From Gemmatimonadales bacterium (GTDB lineage Bacteria > Gemmatimonadota > Gemmatimonadetes > Gemmatimonadales > GWC2-71-9), in assembly GCA_035637455.1 (NCBI GenBank), contig DASPXE010000305.1:3253-67252 (forward strand): 64,000 bases of DNA, read 5' to 3'. The position numbers and the translations under genes are program-made. This document shows positions 1 to 7,498 of this stretch, piece by piece. The notes beneath the pieces are model-generated. The model had not been told where the DNA came from. It worked only from the letters and a program-made list of their open reading frames with translations, and ran no database searches. The number at the start of each line of letters is the position of its first letter. Positions within the stretch are counted from its first letter, which is position 1.

Positions 1-782
1 CCGTCCCCCCCGTCCCCCCCGCCCTCGGCGATCACGACGCCCTCGCCGTTGGTATCGCGCTGCGCGTCTTCACACAGCCCGAGCACCGCGCGGGCCACCT
101 CCTCGGGCAAGATCAGCCGGCGTTGCCCCCCGGCCTCGAGCGCCGCGCGCAGGGCGTCCGGCGGCGACATCCCGGTCTTCGTCGCGATGCGGGCCACCGA
201 CTCCCGGGTCATGTCCGTGTCGACGTACCCAGGGCACACGGCGTTCACCGTCACACCGCTCCCAGCGACCTCCGCCGCCACCGAGCGCGTGAAGCCGATG
301 ACCGCGTGCTTCGCGGCGCTGTAGGCGGCGATGTACTTGCCGCCGCGCAGCCCCGCCACCGACGCGATGTTCACCACCCGCCCCCAGCGCCGCTCGAGCA
401 TCCCGGGGAGGAAGGCCCGGGTGCACAGGAACGTGCCGGTGGCGTTCACGGTCAGCACCCGGTTCCAGTCCTCGAGCGTGAGCTTGGCGAGTGGTGCCGA
501 GTGAGCGACTCCGGCGTTGTTCACGAGGATGTCTACGTGCTTGAGCCGGGTCTCGGCTGCGCGCGCGAGGGCTGCCACGGTGGCTGGGTCCGTCACGTCG
601 CCCGGCACGGCCCAGGCCTGGCGTCCGGCGGCGCGCAGCTCCGTCGCGACCGCCTCGATCCCGTTCCGGGTGCGCGCCACCACCACGACGGCCGCGCCGG
701 CCCCGGCCAGCGCCCGCGCGACCGCCATCCCGATCCCCCGGCCCGCGCCCGTCACTACGGCCCCCCGACCGGACAGCGTCAC
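1..782 (-). CDS. short-chain dehydrogenase/reductase (SDR); the 3' end runs off the window
   Basis: Reverse-strand translation from GTG at 782 reads VTLSGRGAVVTGAGRGIGMAVARALAGAGAAVVVVAR (TGxxxGxG Rossmann motif). NNAG and YSAAKHAV (YxxxK) follow further on. It is absent from the ORF track because there is no stop inside the window. The start forms a GTGA overlap with the creatininase stop. Confidence 0.75.
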   Translation of the reverse strand, partial: MTLSGRGAVVTGAGRGIGMAVARALAGAGAAVVVVARTRNGIEAVATELRAAGRQAWAVPGDVTDPATVAALARAAETRLKHVDILVNNAGVAHSAPLAKLTLEDWNRVLTVNATGTFLCTRAFLPGMLERRWGRVVNIASVAGLRGGKYIAAYSAAKHAVIGFTRSVAAEVAGSGVTVNAVCPGYVDTDMTRESVARIATKTGMSPPDALRAALEAGGQRRLILPEEVARAVLGLCEDAQRDTNGEGVVIAEGGGDGGD

Positions 783-1534
783 CCGGGAGGCTCCGCCAGC
801 ACCGCCTCTGCGAGGATCGCTCCGAGGATCTCGATCGTGCGCACGCCCTCGTCGGCCTCAGCGTCGGCCGGCGACCCGAAGTATGCCCGGGGCCCGCCCG
901 CTTCCTCGAAGCTCGTCTGGCCGGAGCGGATCGCCGCGCTGAGCGAGCGGGGGTTGGAGGGCAGCGCTCGGCGGATCGCTTCCCGGACCAGCTCGGGGCG
1001 TACCGCCAGGACGATGGAGCTCTCGTACCGCCCCGCATGGCAGGCGCCGCTCCGGAACTCCTCGGTGAGCCGGAGGGCCCAGGGCCGCTTGGTGACGTCG
1101 GGAAATACGATACGGGCGCCGTTCTCGCGCTGATTCTGGGCCACGGCAGCCTCGAGGGCGGCGACGTGTGCGGGGTCCAGATGCGCGTTCGCGACCGCGA
1201 GCACGTGGAGGCCGTGCCGCGTCAAACTGCGTGCGAGGTCGAGAAGTAGGGCGGTCACCGTCCCCGGTCGCAGGGACACGGTGCCGGGGAACCCGGCGGC
1301 GAATTCGGCGGCGGTGTAGGCGAGTGGCGGGAGCAGCACGGCGTTGTAGCCCTGGGTGGCGAGCCTCGCCGCGGCAGCGCGGGCCATCGTCTCCGCAATG
1401 ATGACGTCGGTTGCGAGCGGCAGGTGCGGGCCGTGCGCCTCGACGGCACCGACGGGCAGAATGGCCACCGCTTTCGCCCGGTCGAGGTCGCGAACCTCCT
1501 CCCAGGTCAGCTGCGCGAGGTCGAGGACCGCCAT
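779..1534 (-). CDS. creatininase (creatinine amidohydrolase) family protein
   Basis: ORF 779..1591 trimmed to ATG 1534 (MAVLDLAQLTWEEV). LPVGAVEAHGPHLPLATD and the overall length are typical of the creatininase family. Confidence 0.7.
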   Translation of the reverse strand: MAVLDLAQLTWEEVRDLDRAKAVAILPVGAVEAHGPHLPLATDVIIAETMARAAAARLATQGYNAVLLPPLAYTAAEFAAGFPGTVSLRPGTVTALLLDLARSLTRHGLHVLAVANAHLDPAHVAALEAAVAQNQRENGARIVFPDVTKRPWALRLTEEFRSGACHAGRYESSIVLAVRPELVREAIRRALPSNPRSLSAAIRSGQTSFEEAGGPRAYFGSPADAEADEGVRTIEILGAILAEAVLAEPPG

Positions 1535-1599
1535 GGGTGCTGTATCGTACCGGGCCGGGCGGTTGACCGCCAGGCGTCGGCGGCCGATCATCTGTCACC

Positions 1600-3120
1600 A
1601 TGGCCTTCGAGGCGCCGGAGCAGTTCAACATCGCCGATTACTTCCTCGACGCCCGCGTGCGAGAAGGGAAGGGCGATCGGCCCGCGGTCCTCACGGACGC
1701 GGCCACGTTCACCTACCGCGAGATCGCGGCGCTGGCGAATCAGTTCGGCCACGCGCTGCGCGAGGCCGGCGTGCAACCCGAGCAGCGCGTCATGATCGCC
1801 CTCCCCGACGGGCCGGCGTTCGTCGCAGCCCTGTTCGGGACGCTGAAGATCGGCGCCGTGGTCGTCATGGTGAATCCCCAGCTCAAGCCCGATGCCATCG
1901 AGTACTTCTACGCCTACACGCGCGCCCGCGTGATCGTCGCGCACCGGGACAGCGTGGGCGCGTTCCGAGCGGCGGCGCGCAGTGCGCGGCACCCGCTCGC
2001 CACGTGCGTGGTCGGCGAGGAGGAATGGGACGCGCGGCTCGCCCAGGCCCCGGTCGCGCTCGACACCTTCCCGACGCACCGCGACGACGCGGCCATCTGG
2101 CTGTTCTCGGGCGGCACCACGGGGCAGCCGAAAGCCGTGGTGCAAACCCACCGATCGTTCGCGAATACCACGGAATGCTACGCCAAAGGCGTGCTTGGCT
2201 ACACCGAGCGCGATGTGACCGTGAGCGTGCCCAAGCTCTATTTCGGCTACGCCACCGGCTCGAACCTGCTGTTCCCGTTCTCCGTCGGCGCGGCCACGAT
2301 GCTGTTCCCCGAAGCCGCGACCGCCGACGTCTTGTTCCAGAAGATCGCCCGCTTCCAGCCGACCATCCTGATCAACGTCCCCACGATGATCAACCAGATG
2401 GTGAGCCACACGACGGCGGCGACCCGGGACCTCTCCTGCTTGCGCCTCGCCACATCGGCGGGCGAGCCGCTCCCGGTCGAGCTGTATCACCGCTGGAAGG
2501 GCACGTTCGGGGTCGAGCTCTTGGACGGTCTCGGCACGGCGGAGATGTGGCACATCTTCATCTCGAACCGTCCGGGACAGGTGCGACCCGGAACGCTCGG
2601 TACGGTCGTTCCCGGCTTCGAGGTCAGAGTTTGCGACGCGGACGGGCTGGAGCTGCCGGATGGCGAGGTTGGCGCCCTGTGGGTGCGTGGCGACTCCCGG
2701 GCGATCTGCTACTGGCAGCAAATGGACAAGACCAAGCAGGGATTCCGGGGAGAGTGGTACGTGTCGGGGGACATGATCCGCCGCGATCCGGAGGGTTACG
2801 TAACCTACTGCGGCCGCATCGACGACATGCTCAAAGTCTCGGGGAAGTGGCTCTCACCTCAGGAGGTCGAGAACTGCCTGCTGCGGCACCCGGCCGTGAA
2901 GGAAGTGGCCGTGGTGGGTGTGGTCGGGGCGGCGGGGCTCACGAAGCCGCACGCCTTCGTGGTGGCGAACGAGCGGCGCGACGGATTGGCCGAAGAACTG
3001 CAAGCGTTCGTGCGGGAGCGGCTCGAAGCTTATAAGTATCCGCGGGAGGTGATCTTCCTCGACGCGCTACCGCGGACCCACCTGGGGAAAGTGGATCGCG
3101 CGCGGCTGAGGCGCGGGTAG
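1600..3120 (+). CDS. benzoate-CoA ligase family / AMP-dependent acyl-CoA synthetase
   Basis: 506-aa ORF with AMP-binding motif LFSGGTTGQPKAV. The N-terminus FNIADYFLDARVREGKGDRPAV resembles aromatic acid-CoA ligases. C-terminal YKYPREVIFLDALPRTHLGKVDR is present. Confidence 0.8.
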   Translation: MAFEAPEQFNIADYFLDARVREGKGDRPAVLTDAATFTYREIAALANQFGHALREAGVQPEQRVMIALPDGPAFVAALFGTLKIGAVVVMVNPQLKPDAIEYFYAYTRARVIVAHRDSVGAFRAAARSARHPLATCVVGEEEWDARLAQAPVALDTFPTHRDDAAIWLFSGGTTGQPKAVVQTHRSFANTTECYAKGVLGYTERDVTVSVPKLYFGYATGSNLLFPFSVGAATMLFPEAATADVLFQKIARFQPTILINVPTMINQMVSHTTAATRDLSCLRLATSAGEPLPVELYHRWKGTFGVELLDGLGTAEMWHIFISNRPGQVRPGTLGTVVPGFEVRVCDADGLELPDGEVGALWVRGDSRAICYWQQMDKTKQGFRGEWYVSGDMIRRDPEGYVTYCGRIDDMLKVSGKWLSPQEVENCLLRHPAVKEVAVVGVVGAAGLTKPHAFVVANERRDGLAEELQAFVRERLEAYKYPREVIFLDALPRTHLGKVDRARLRRG

Positions 3121-3124
3121 CGCT

Positions 3125-3358
3125 CTAGCCCCGCTTCTTCCCCGCTCGCTCTTCCAGCTTGGCGATCAGTTTCTCGATCTGGAGCTTCATCCGTTTGAGC
3201 GCGGGCAGCAGCCTCGGCTCGAGGTCGCGCTCGAGCTCTTTACCTTCATGGACGAAGTCTTTCAACAGGTCGCGCATCCGCTCCACCAGCTCGCGCCAGG
3301 TGGGCGCCGGCTCCGGCTCCGTCGGCGCCGGATCGCGCTTGGTCGGAAGGTTGCTCAT
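3125..3358 (-). CDS. small charged helical protein, 77 aa, unknown function
   Basis: ORF 3125..3547 trimmed to ATG 3358, with GGGAGA 5 nt upstream. The sequence is coiled-coil-like (KELERDLEPRLLPALKRMKLQIEKLIAKLEE). No family recognised. Confidence 0.45.
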   Translation of the reverse strand: MSNLPTKRDPAPTEPEPAPTWRELVERMRDLLKDFVHEGKELERDLEPRLLPALKRMKLQIEKLIAKLEERAGKKRG

Positions 3359-3517
3359 CGGTATCTCCCGGGATTGAAGGGGTAAGAGGAATCCCCGAAT
3401 CATACGCACCGGACCATCGCCAGGGTTCACCGCCGGGTGCACCCGTAGCGAAACCGTGCAGCCCCGTGTATTTAGTACGCGTCTGCGCGGCTTCGCATCC
3501 GCGCATCCTGGCTGTTG

Positions 3518-3604
3518 GGATAGGTGGCCGAGTGGCTGAAGGCACACGCCTGGAGAGCGTGTAAACGGGTAACCGTTTCGTGGGTTCGAATCCCACCCTA
3601 TCCG
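3518..3604 (+). tRNA. tRNA-Ser (anticodon GGA)
   Basis: Manual cloverleaf: acceptor GGATAGG/CCTATCC, 3-bp D stem GCC/GGC, anticodon stem CACGC/GCGTG with loop CTGGAGA, long variable arm, T arm GTGGG-TTCGAAT-CCCAC, discriminator G. No encoded CCA. Confidence 0.9.
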
Positions 3605-3610
3605 TAACGG

Positions 3611-3700
3611 CTAGACGGAGAGACGGGTAGACGGGTAGCGCGTCGTGATCTGGCCTTTGGAACCCTATCCGTCTACCCGTCTCTCCGTCTACCCGTCTAG
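3611..3700. repeat. inverted arrays of octamers: AGACGGNN x3 (3613-3636) facing CCGTCTNN x4 (3668-3699)
   Basis: CTAGACGGAGAGACGGGTAGACGGGTAG (3611-3638) against CTACCCGTCTCTCCGTCTACCCGTCTAG (3673-3700). About 24 of 28 positions are complementary, giving a long imperfect hairpin between the two tRNA genes. Confidence 0.8.
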
Positions 3701-3705
3701 GTGTT

Positions 3706-3792
3706 GGACAGGTGCGTGAGCGGTTGAAACGGCCGGTCTCGAAAACCGGTGTGCCCGCAAGGGTACCGTGGGTTCGAATCCCACCCTGTCCG
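3706..3792 (+). tRNA. tRNA-Ser (anticodon CGA)
   Basis: Manual cloverleaf: acceptor GGACAGG/CCTGTCC, D stem CGT/ACG, anticodon stem CCGGT/ACCGG with loop CTCGAAA, long variable arm, T arm GTGGG-TTCGAAT-CCCAC, discriminator G. Confidence 0.9.
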
Positions 3793-3837
3793 TGTCAGGC
3801 TCGAGAACAGGGAGCAGCAAGAGACAAGGAGGGACCG

Positions 3838-4365
3838 ATGCGCTGGACAAGGGCTGGTCTTGCCGCTCTAGTCGTGCTGCCGGCGCTTGCCTGCAAGTCG
3901 GAAGCGAAGAAGCTCGAGGAGATCCGCACCTGCAGCGCCATCACCATGGACGCACAGGGCGCCGCCAACTGCCTCGTGTTGCAGTACCGGTGGAAGAAGA
4001 ACCAGGCGCTCGCGGCGGCGCAGCGGTTCCAGCACGAGCACGACAGCACCGCTCAGGCGGGAGCGGACGCGAGCTGGCGCGCGGACGCCGCGCGGCACAC
4101 GAAGGAGATCAAGGAGTGCGAAGCCGATCCGTCGGGTGACGTGACTCGCTGTCTGTTGGGATACGGCTGGGCCGAGCCACGCGCCCAAGCGACCTCAGAC
4201 TCGCTGTGGCGCGGCAACGCGTCGAAGCACCGGCAGGAGATCCAGACTTGCGCGCGGCGTAAGGACATGCAGGCGGGCGCCTGCTTGCAGCTCTACTACA
4301 AGTGGAGCCCCGAGCGGGCGCTCGCGCTGGACGATTCGATCCGGCGGGCGCAGATGACGAGGTAG
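3838..4365 (+). CDS. lipoprotein with three Cys-pair repeats, unknown function
   Basis: ORF 3712..4365 trimmed to ATG 3838 because its upstream part overlaps the tRNA. AAGGAGGG lies 5 nt upstream. Signal peptide plus lipobox: MRWTRAGLAALVVLPALAC. There are three internal repeats of about 45 aa. Confidence 0.7.
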   Translation: MRWTRAGLAALVVLPALACKSEAKKLEEIRTCSAITMDAQGAANCLVLQYRWKKNQALAAAQRFQHEHDSTAQAGADASWRADAARHTKEIKECEADPSGDVTRCLLGYGWAEPRAQATSDSLWRGNASKHRQEIQTCARRKDMQAGACLQLYYKWSPERALALDDSIRRAQMTR

Positions 4366-5303
4366 TGAGGCACCCCGTCCTCATCGCCGCCGAGCTGAAG
4401 GATCTCCTCGAGCCGGAGCAGCTGGCCGGACTCGACATCACGTGGATCTCTATCGACCAGCCGACGCCGCGGGGCGACTACGTCGCCATCGTGCCGCTGC
4501 TGTCGCGCTGGGTCGGCGGCACCGAGTTCAAGCAGCTCCCCAAGCTCAAGATCGTCGCCAACTGTGCCGTGGGGCACGACAATGTGGACGTCGTCGCCGC
4601 CGAGCTGCGCGGCGTCAAGGTCACCAACACGCCCGACGTCCTCACCGACGCGACGGCCGATCTGGCGTGGGCGCTCATCCTCGCCTGCGCGCGGCGCGTG
4701 GTGGCCGGCACCGAGCTCGTGAAGAGCGGCCAGTGGGCCGGCTGGCATCCGGACCTGCTACTCGGGCTCGAGCTGCGGGGGCGGACCTTGGGCCTGTTTG
4801 GGGCGGGACGCATCGGCCAGGCGGTCGGGCGCCGAGCGGTGCCCTTCGGGATGCGCACGCTGTACGCGGCGCGCAACCCGCGGCCCGAGTTCGAGCGGGA
4901 GACGGGCGCCCTCCGCGTCGAGTTCTCGCAGCTGCTGCGGCAGAGCGACGTGCTCTCGCTTCACGTTCCCGCGGTGCCGGAAACCAAGGGCGTCATCAAC
5001 GCCGAGACGCTGCGGCAGATGAAGCCGGGCGCCATCCTCATTAACACGGCACGCGGTGACCTGATTCGCGAAGAGGCGCTCGCCATCGCGCTGGAGGAGG
5101 GCCGGCTCGGCGCGGCGGGCCTCGACGTCTACCTCGAGGAGCCGCGCATCCACCCCCGGCTCCTGGCGGCGCCGCGCACCGTACTACTCCCGCACTTGGG
5201 CAGCGCCACGCTCGAGACGCGCCGCCAGATGGCGGCCATGGCGCTGGCCAACGTGCGGGCGGTGCTGTCGGGCGATCCACCGTTGACCCCGGTGTTCCGG
5301 TGA
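4365..5303 (+). CDS. D-isomer-specific 2-hydroxyacid dehydrogenase (glyoxylate/hydroxypyruvate reductase-like)
   Basis: GTG 4365 overlaps the preceding TAG by 1 nt. NAD motif GLFGAGRIGQAVGRRA. Catalytic region INTARGDLIREEAL ... LDVYLEEP ... PHLGSAT. Confidence 0.8.
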   Translation: MRHPVLIAAELKDLLEPEQLAGLDITWISIDQPTPRGDYVAIVPLLSRWVGGTEFKQLPKLKIVANCAVGHDNVDVVAAELRGVKVTNTPDVLTDATADLAWALILACARRVVAGTELVKSGQWAGWHPDLLLGLELRGRTLGLFGAGRIGQAVGRRAVPFGMRTLYAARNPRPEFERETGALRVEFSQLLRQSDVLSLHVPAVPETKGVINAETLRQMKPGAILINTARGDLIREEALAIALEEGRLGAAGLDVYLEEPRIHPRLLAAPRTVLLPHLGSATLETRRQMAAMALANVRAVLSGDPPLTPVFR

Positions 5304-5418
5304 GGGCGCAAGCCGGCCGCAGGGCGATGAGTTGCCCGCCGTGAGTCGAAGTGTTATTGCATACGTAGCCGGTGACAGCAGCCGCGGGTGACCCGACCAG
5401 CCGGGTCCTAGGCGAGGT

Positions 5419-7491
5419 GTGTCGATGACGGCCCCCGACAGTTCAGCTTGCTCACGCTGCGGTGCCAGTGTCGGGCCGGGGGTCTCGTTCTGCCCGCGGT
5501 GCGGCACCGGCATCCCGGTCGCGGTGGGAGGCGCGGGAGCCGTGGCGACCGCGCCGGGCCGAACGCGGGACGAGCGCGACGCCCTGCTGGACGCCTTGCG
5601 GCAGGCCGCGCTGGGCGAATACGAGATTCTCGCAGAGCTGGGGCGCGGCGGGATGGCCACGGTCTACCTGGCCCACGACCTCGCCCTCGATCGCAAGGTG
5701 GCGATCAAGGTGCTGGCGCCCGCGCTGCTCCACATGGGAGAGGGGATGGTGGAGCGGTTCAAGCGCGAGGCGCGCACTGCCGCGGCGCTCAGCCATCCGC
5801 ACATCATCCCCATCTATGCCGTGAAGGAGAGCGAGCACGTCCTGTATTTCGTCATGAAATATGTGCAGGGACGGCCCCTCGATTCGATCATTCACGACGT
5901 CGGCCCTCTCCCCATCCCGATGGTCCAGACGATCCTCGCCCATGTGGGCGACGCCCTGGGTTACGCCCATCGTCACGGCGTCGTTCACCGTGACGTCAAG
6001 TCCGCGAACATCATGCTGGACGAGGACGGCTGGGCGTTGGTCACGGACTTCGGGATCGCCAAGGTGGTGCAGGCGGAGGGGCTCACGATGACCGGCGTGA
6101 CCGTCGGCACGCCCACGTATATGAGTCCCGAACAATGCGACACCCGCGAGGTCACGGGGGCTTCGGACCAGTACTCGCTGGGCGTCGTCGCCTACGAGAT
6201 GCTCGCCGGGAGGCTGCCGTTCCGCGGGGACTCGACCATGTCGGTGATGTACGCGCATTTCAACCAGCGGCCACGCCCCGTGACCGAGCTGCGCCCTGAC
6301 TGCCCGCCCAACCTGGCGGCCGGGGTCATGCGGATGCTGGAAAAGGAGCCGGACCAGCGGTGGCCCAGCATGGACGATGTCCTGGCCGTCTGCGGCCGGC
6401 CGTCCTTGCGGCACGATGATCCCGTGCGCACTGAGATGATCACGCTGGCGCGGGCCGGCAGCCGTGCGCATGCGGTGCAGGCCGAGTTCAAGACGCCGAC
6501 GAGCCCGATTGCGCTCTCCAAGTCGGAGAAGCGGCCACCGACCACCGGCGGTGGCGCCCGCCGGCTCCCCGGTCTGTGGTGGGGGCTCGCGGTGGCGGCG
6601 AGCGGCTTCGCACTGTGGTGGCTGACACCCTGGCGGGGGCTGCTGACGCCCATGGCGCCACGGCCCGCTGCGGGTCGTGACACCACGCCTGCCGCTGAGG
6701 TGGTGCGCGTGCCGGTGGACAGCGCGAGCGTCCGTCCGCCGCCGGCACCGGGCGCGGCTCGCGCGCCGGCGCAGCGGCCGCCCGCCCGCATCCCGGCCCT
6801 GCCGCAGGCCCCGCCCGCCCGGGGAGCTGCGCCCGAATCCGTGTCGCGCAATCCGGCGGACGAACGGGAGGACAGTCTGGTGCGCTCAGCACGCGACCGG
6901 GCACTCGCTGCGAAGAGCCGAGCGCACGAGGCGGGGGCCACGCCCGCCGAGCTCGCGACCGGGGACACCGCGCTCCGGGCGGCGGAATCGCTCGCGGCCC
7001 AGGGGCGGGTGTCCGGGGCGATGGACCGGCTGTTCGCCGCCGCGTCGCTCTGGACGGAGGCCGAGCGGGCAGCGCGCACTCGGGCGGCGCGCGACACGGT
7101 ACGGCCGACCGCCGCCGAGCTCCCGGTCCGGCCACCCGCGGCCCAGCCACCGGCGGACCCGCGAGAGGAGATCAAGGCGGTGATTGCGGACTACGGACGA
7201 GCGCTCGAGTCGCGCGACCTGAGCGACGTGCGCCGCGCGTATCCCGGATTGACATCTGCAGAACAGGAGACGTTTCGACAGTTCTTCCAGTCGGTCCGGG
7301 AGCTCAAGGCGGGGTTGACCATCAATCGGCTAGTCATCGCGGGCGGCTCAGCCGACGCTATTGTGAGCGGCGTGTACGAGTACGTGGACGCGAAGACGGG
7401 CCGGACCAAGCGAGACACGACCGCGTTCCGGGCGACCCTGGTGCAGGATGGCGCGGGCTGGCATCTCACCTCCATCCGCTCTCTCCCCTAG
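5419..7491 (+). CDS. Ser/Thr protein kinase with N-terminal zinc ribbon, one TM segment, Pro/Ala-rich linker and NTF2-like C-terminal domain
   Basis: CSRCGASVGPGVSFCPRCG; kinase motifs GRGGMATVY, VAIK, HRDVKSANIML, DFGIAK, GTPTYMSPEQ; TM segment LWWGLAVAASGFALWWL. The start could be GTG 5419 or ATG 5425. Confidence 0.85.
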   Translation: MSMTAPDSSACSRCGASVGPGVSFCPRCGTGIPVAVGGAGAVATAPGRTRDERDALLDALRQAALGEYEILAELGRGGMATVYLAHDLALDRKVAIKVLAPALLHMGEGMVERFKREARTAAALSHPHIIPIYAVKESEHVLYFVMKYVQGRPLDSIIHDVGPLPIPMVQTILAHVGDALGYAHRHGVVHRDVKSANIMLDEDGWALVTDFGIAKVVQAEGLTMTGVTVGTPTYMSPEQCDTREVTGASDQYSLGVVAYEMLAGRLPFRGDSTMSVMYAHFNQRPRPVTELRPDCPPNLAAGVMRMLEKEPDQRWPSMDDVLAVCGRPSLRHDDPVRTEMITLARAGSRAHAVQAEFKTPTSPIALSKSEKRPPTTGGGARRLPGLWWGLAVAASGFALWWLTPWRGLLTPMAPRPAAGRDTTPAAEVVRVPVDSASVRPPPAPGAARAPAQRPPARIPALPQAPPARGAAPESVSRNPADEREDSLVRSARDRALAAKSRAHEAGATPAELATGDTALRAAESLAAQGRVSGAMDRLFAAASLWTEAERAARTRAARDTVRPTAAELPVRPPAAQPPADPREEIKAVIADYGRALESRDLSDVRRAYPGLTSAEQETFRQFFQSVRELKAGLTINRLVIAGGSADAIVSGVYEYVDAKTGRTKRDTTAFRATLVQDGAGWHLTSIRSLP

Positions 7492-7498
7492 CGCGGGC

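Noticed and set aside
1563-1602. TTGACC at 1563 as a -35 element for a leaderless CoA-ligase transcript.
   Set aside because: No acceptable -10 hexamer lies at 16-18 nt spacing; GATCAT, ATCATC and TCATCT are all poor. It is therefore not reported as a feature.
3595-3672. Duplicated tRNA-Ser 3' end (ACCCTATCCGT) as an attL/attR pair of an integrated element.
   Set aside because: The copies are only about 60 nt apart. They enclose nothing but the repeat hairpin, and no integrase or foreign-looking DNA is nearby. It is kept only as a note within the tRNA spacer finding.
3246-3837. ORFs 3246..3596 (-) and the 5' part of 3712..4365 (+) that overlap the tRNA-Ser genes.
   Set aside because: They run through tRNA sequences. 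The + ORF has a much better start at ATG 3838, with a Shine-Dalgarno sequence and a lipoprotein signal peptide.
5304-5418. Possible promoter (TTGCCC ... TTATTG) or small RNA in the 115-nt spacer upstream of the first kinase.
   Set aside because: The hexamers are weak and their spacing is ambiguous. There are no convincing hairpins or conserved-looking elements, so the evidence is insufficient to report.
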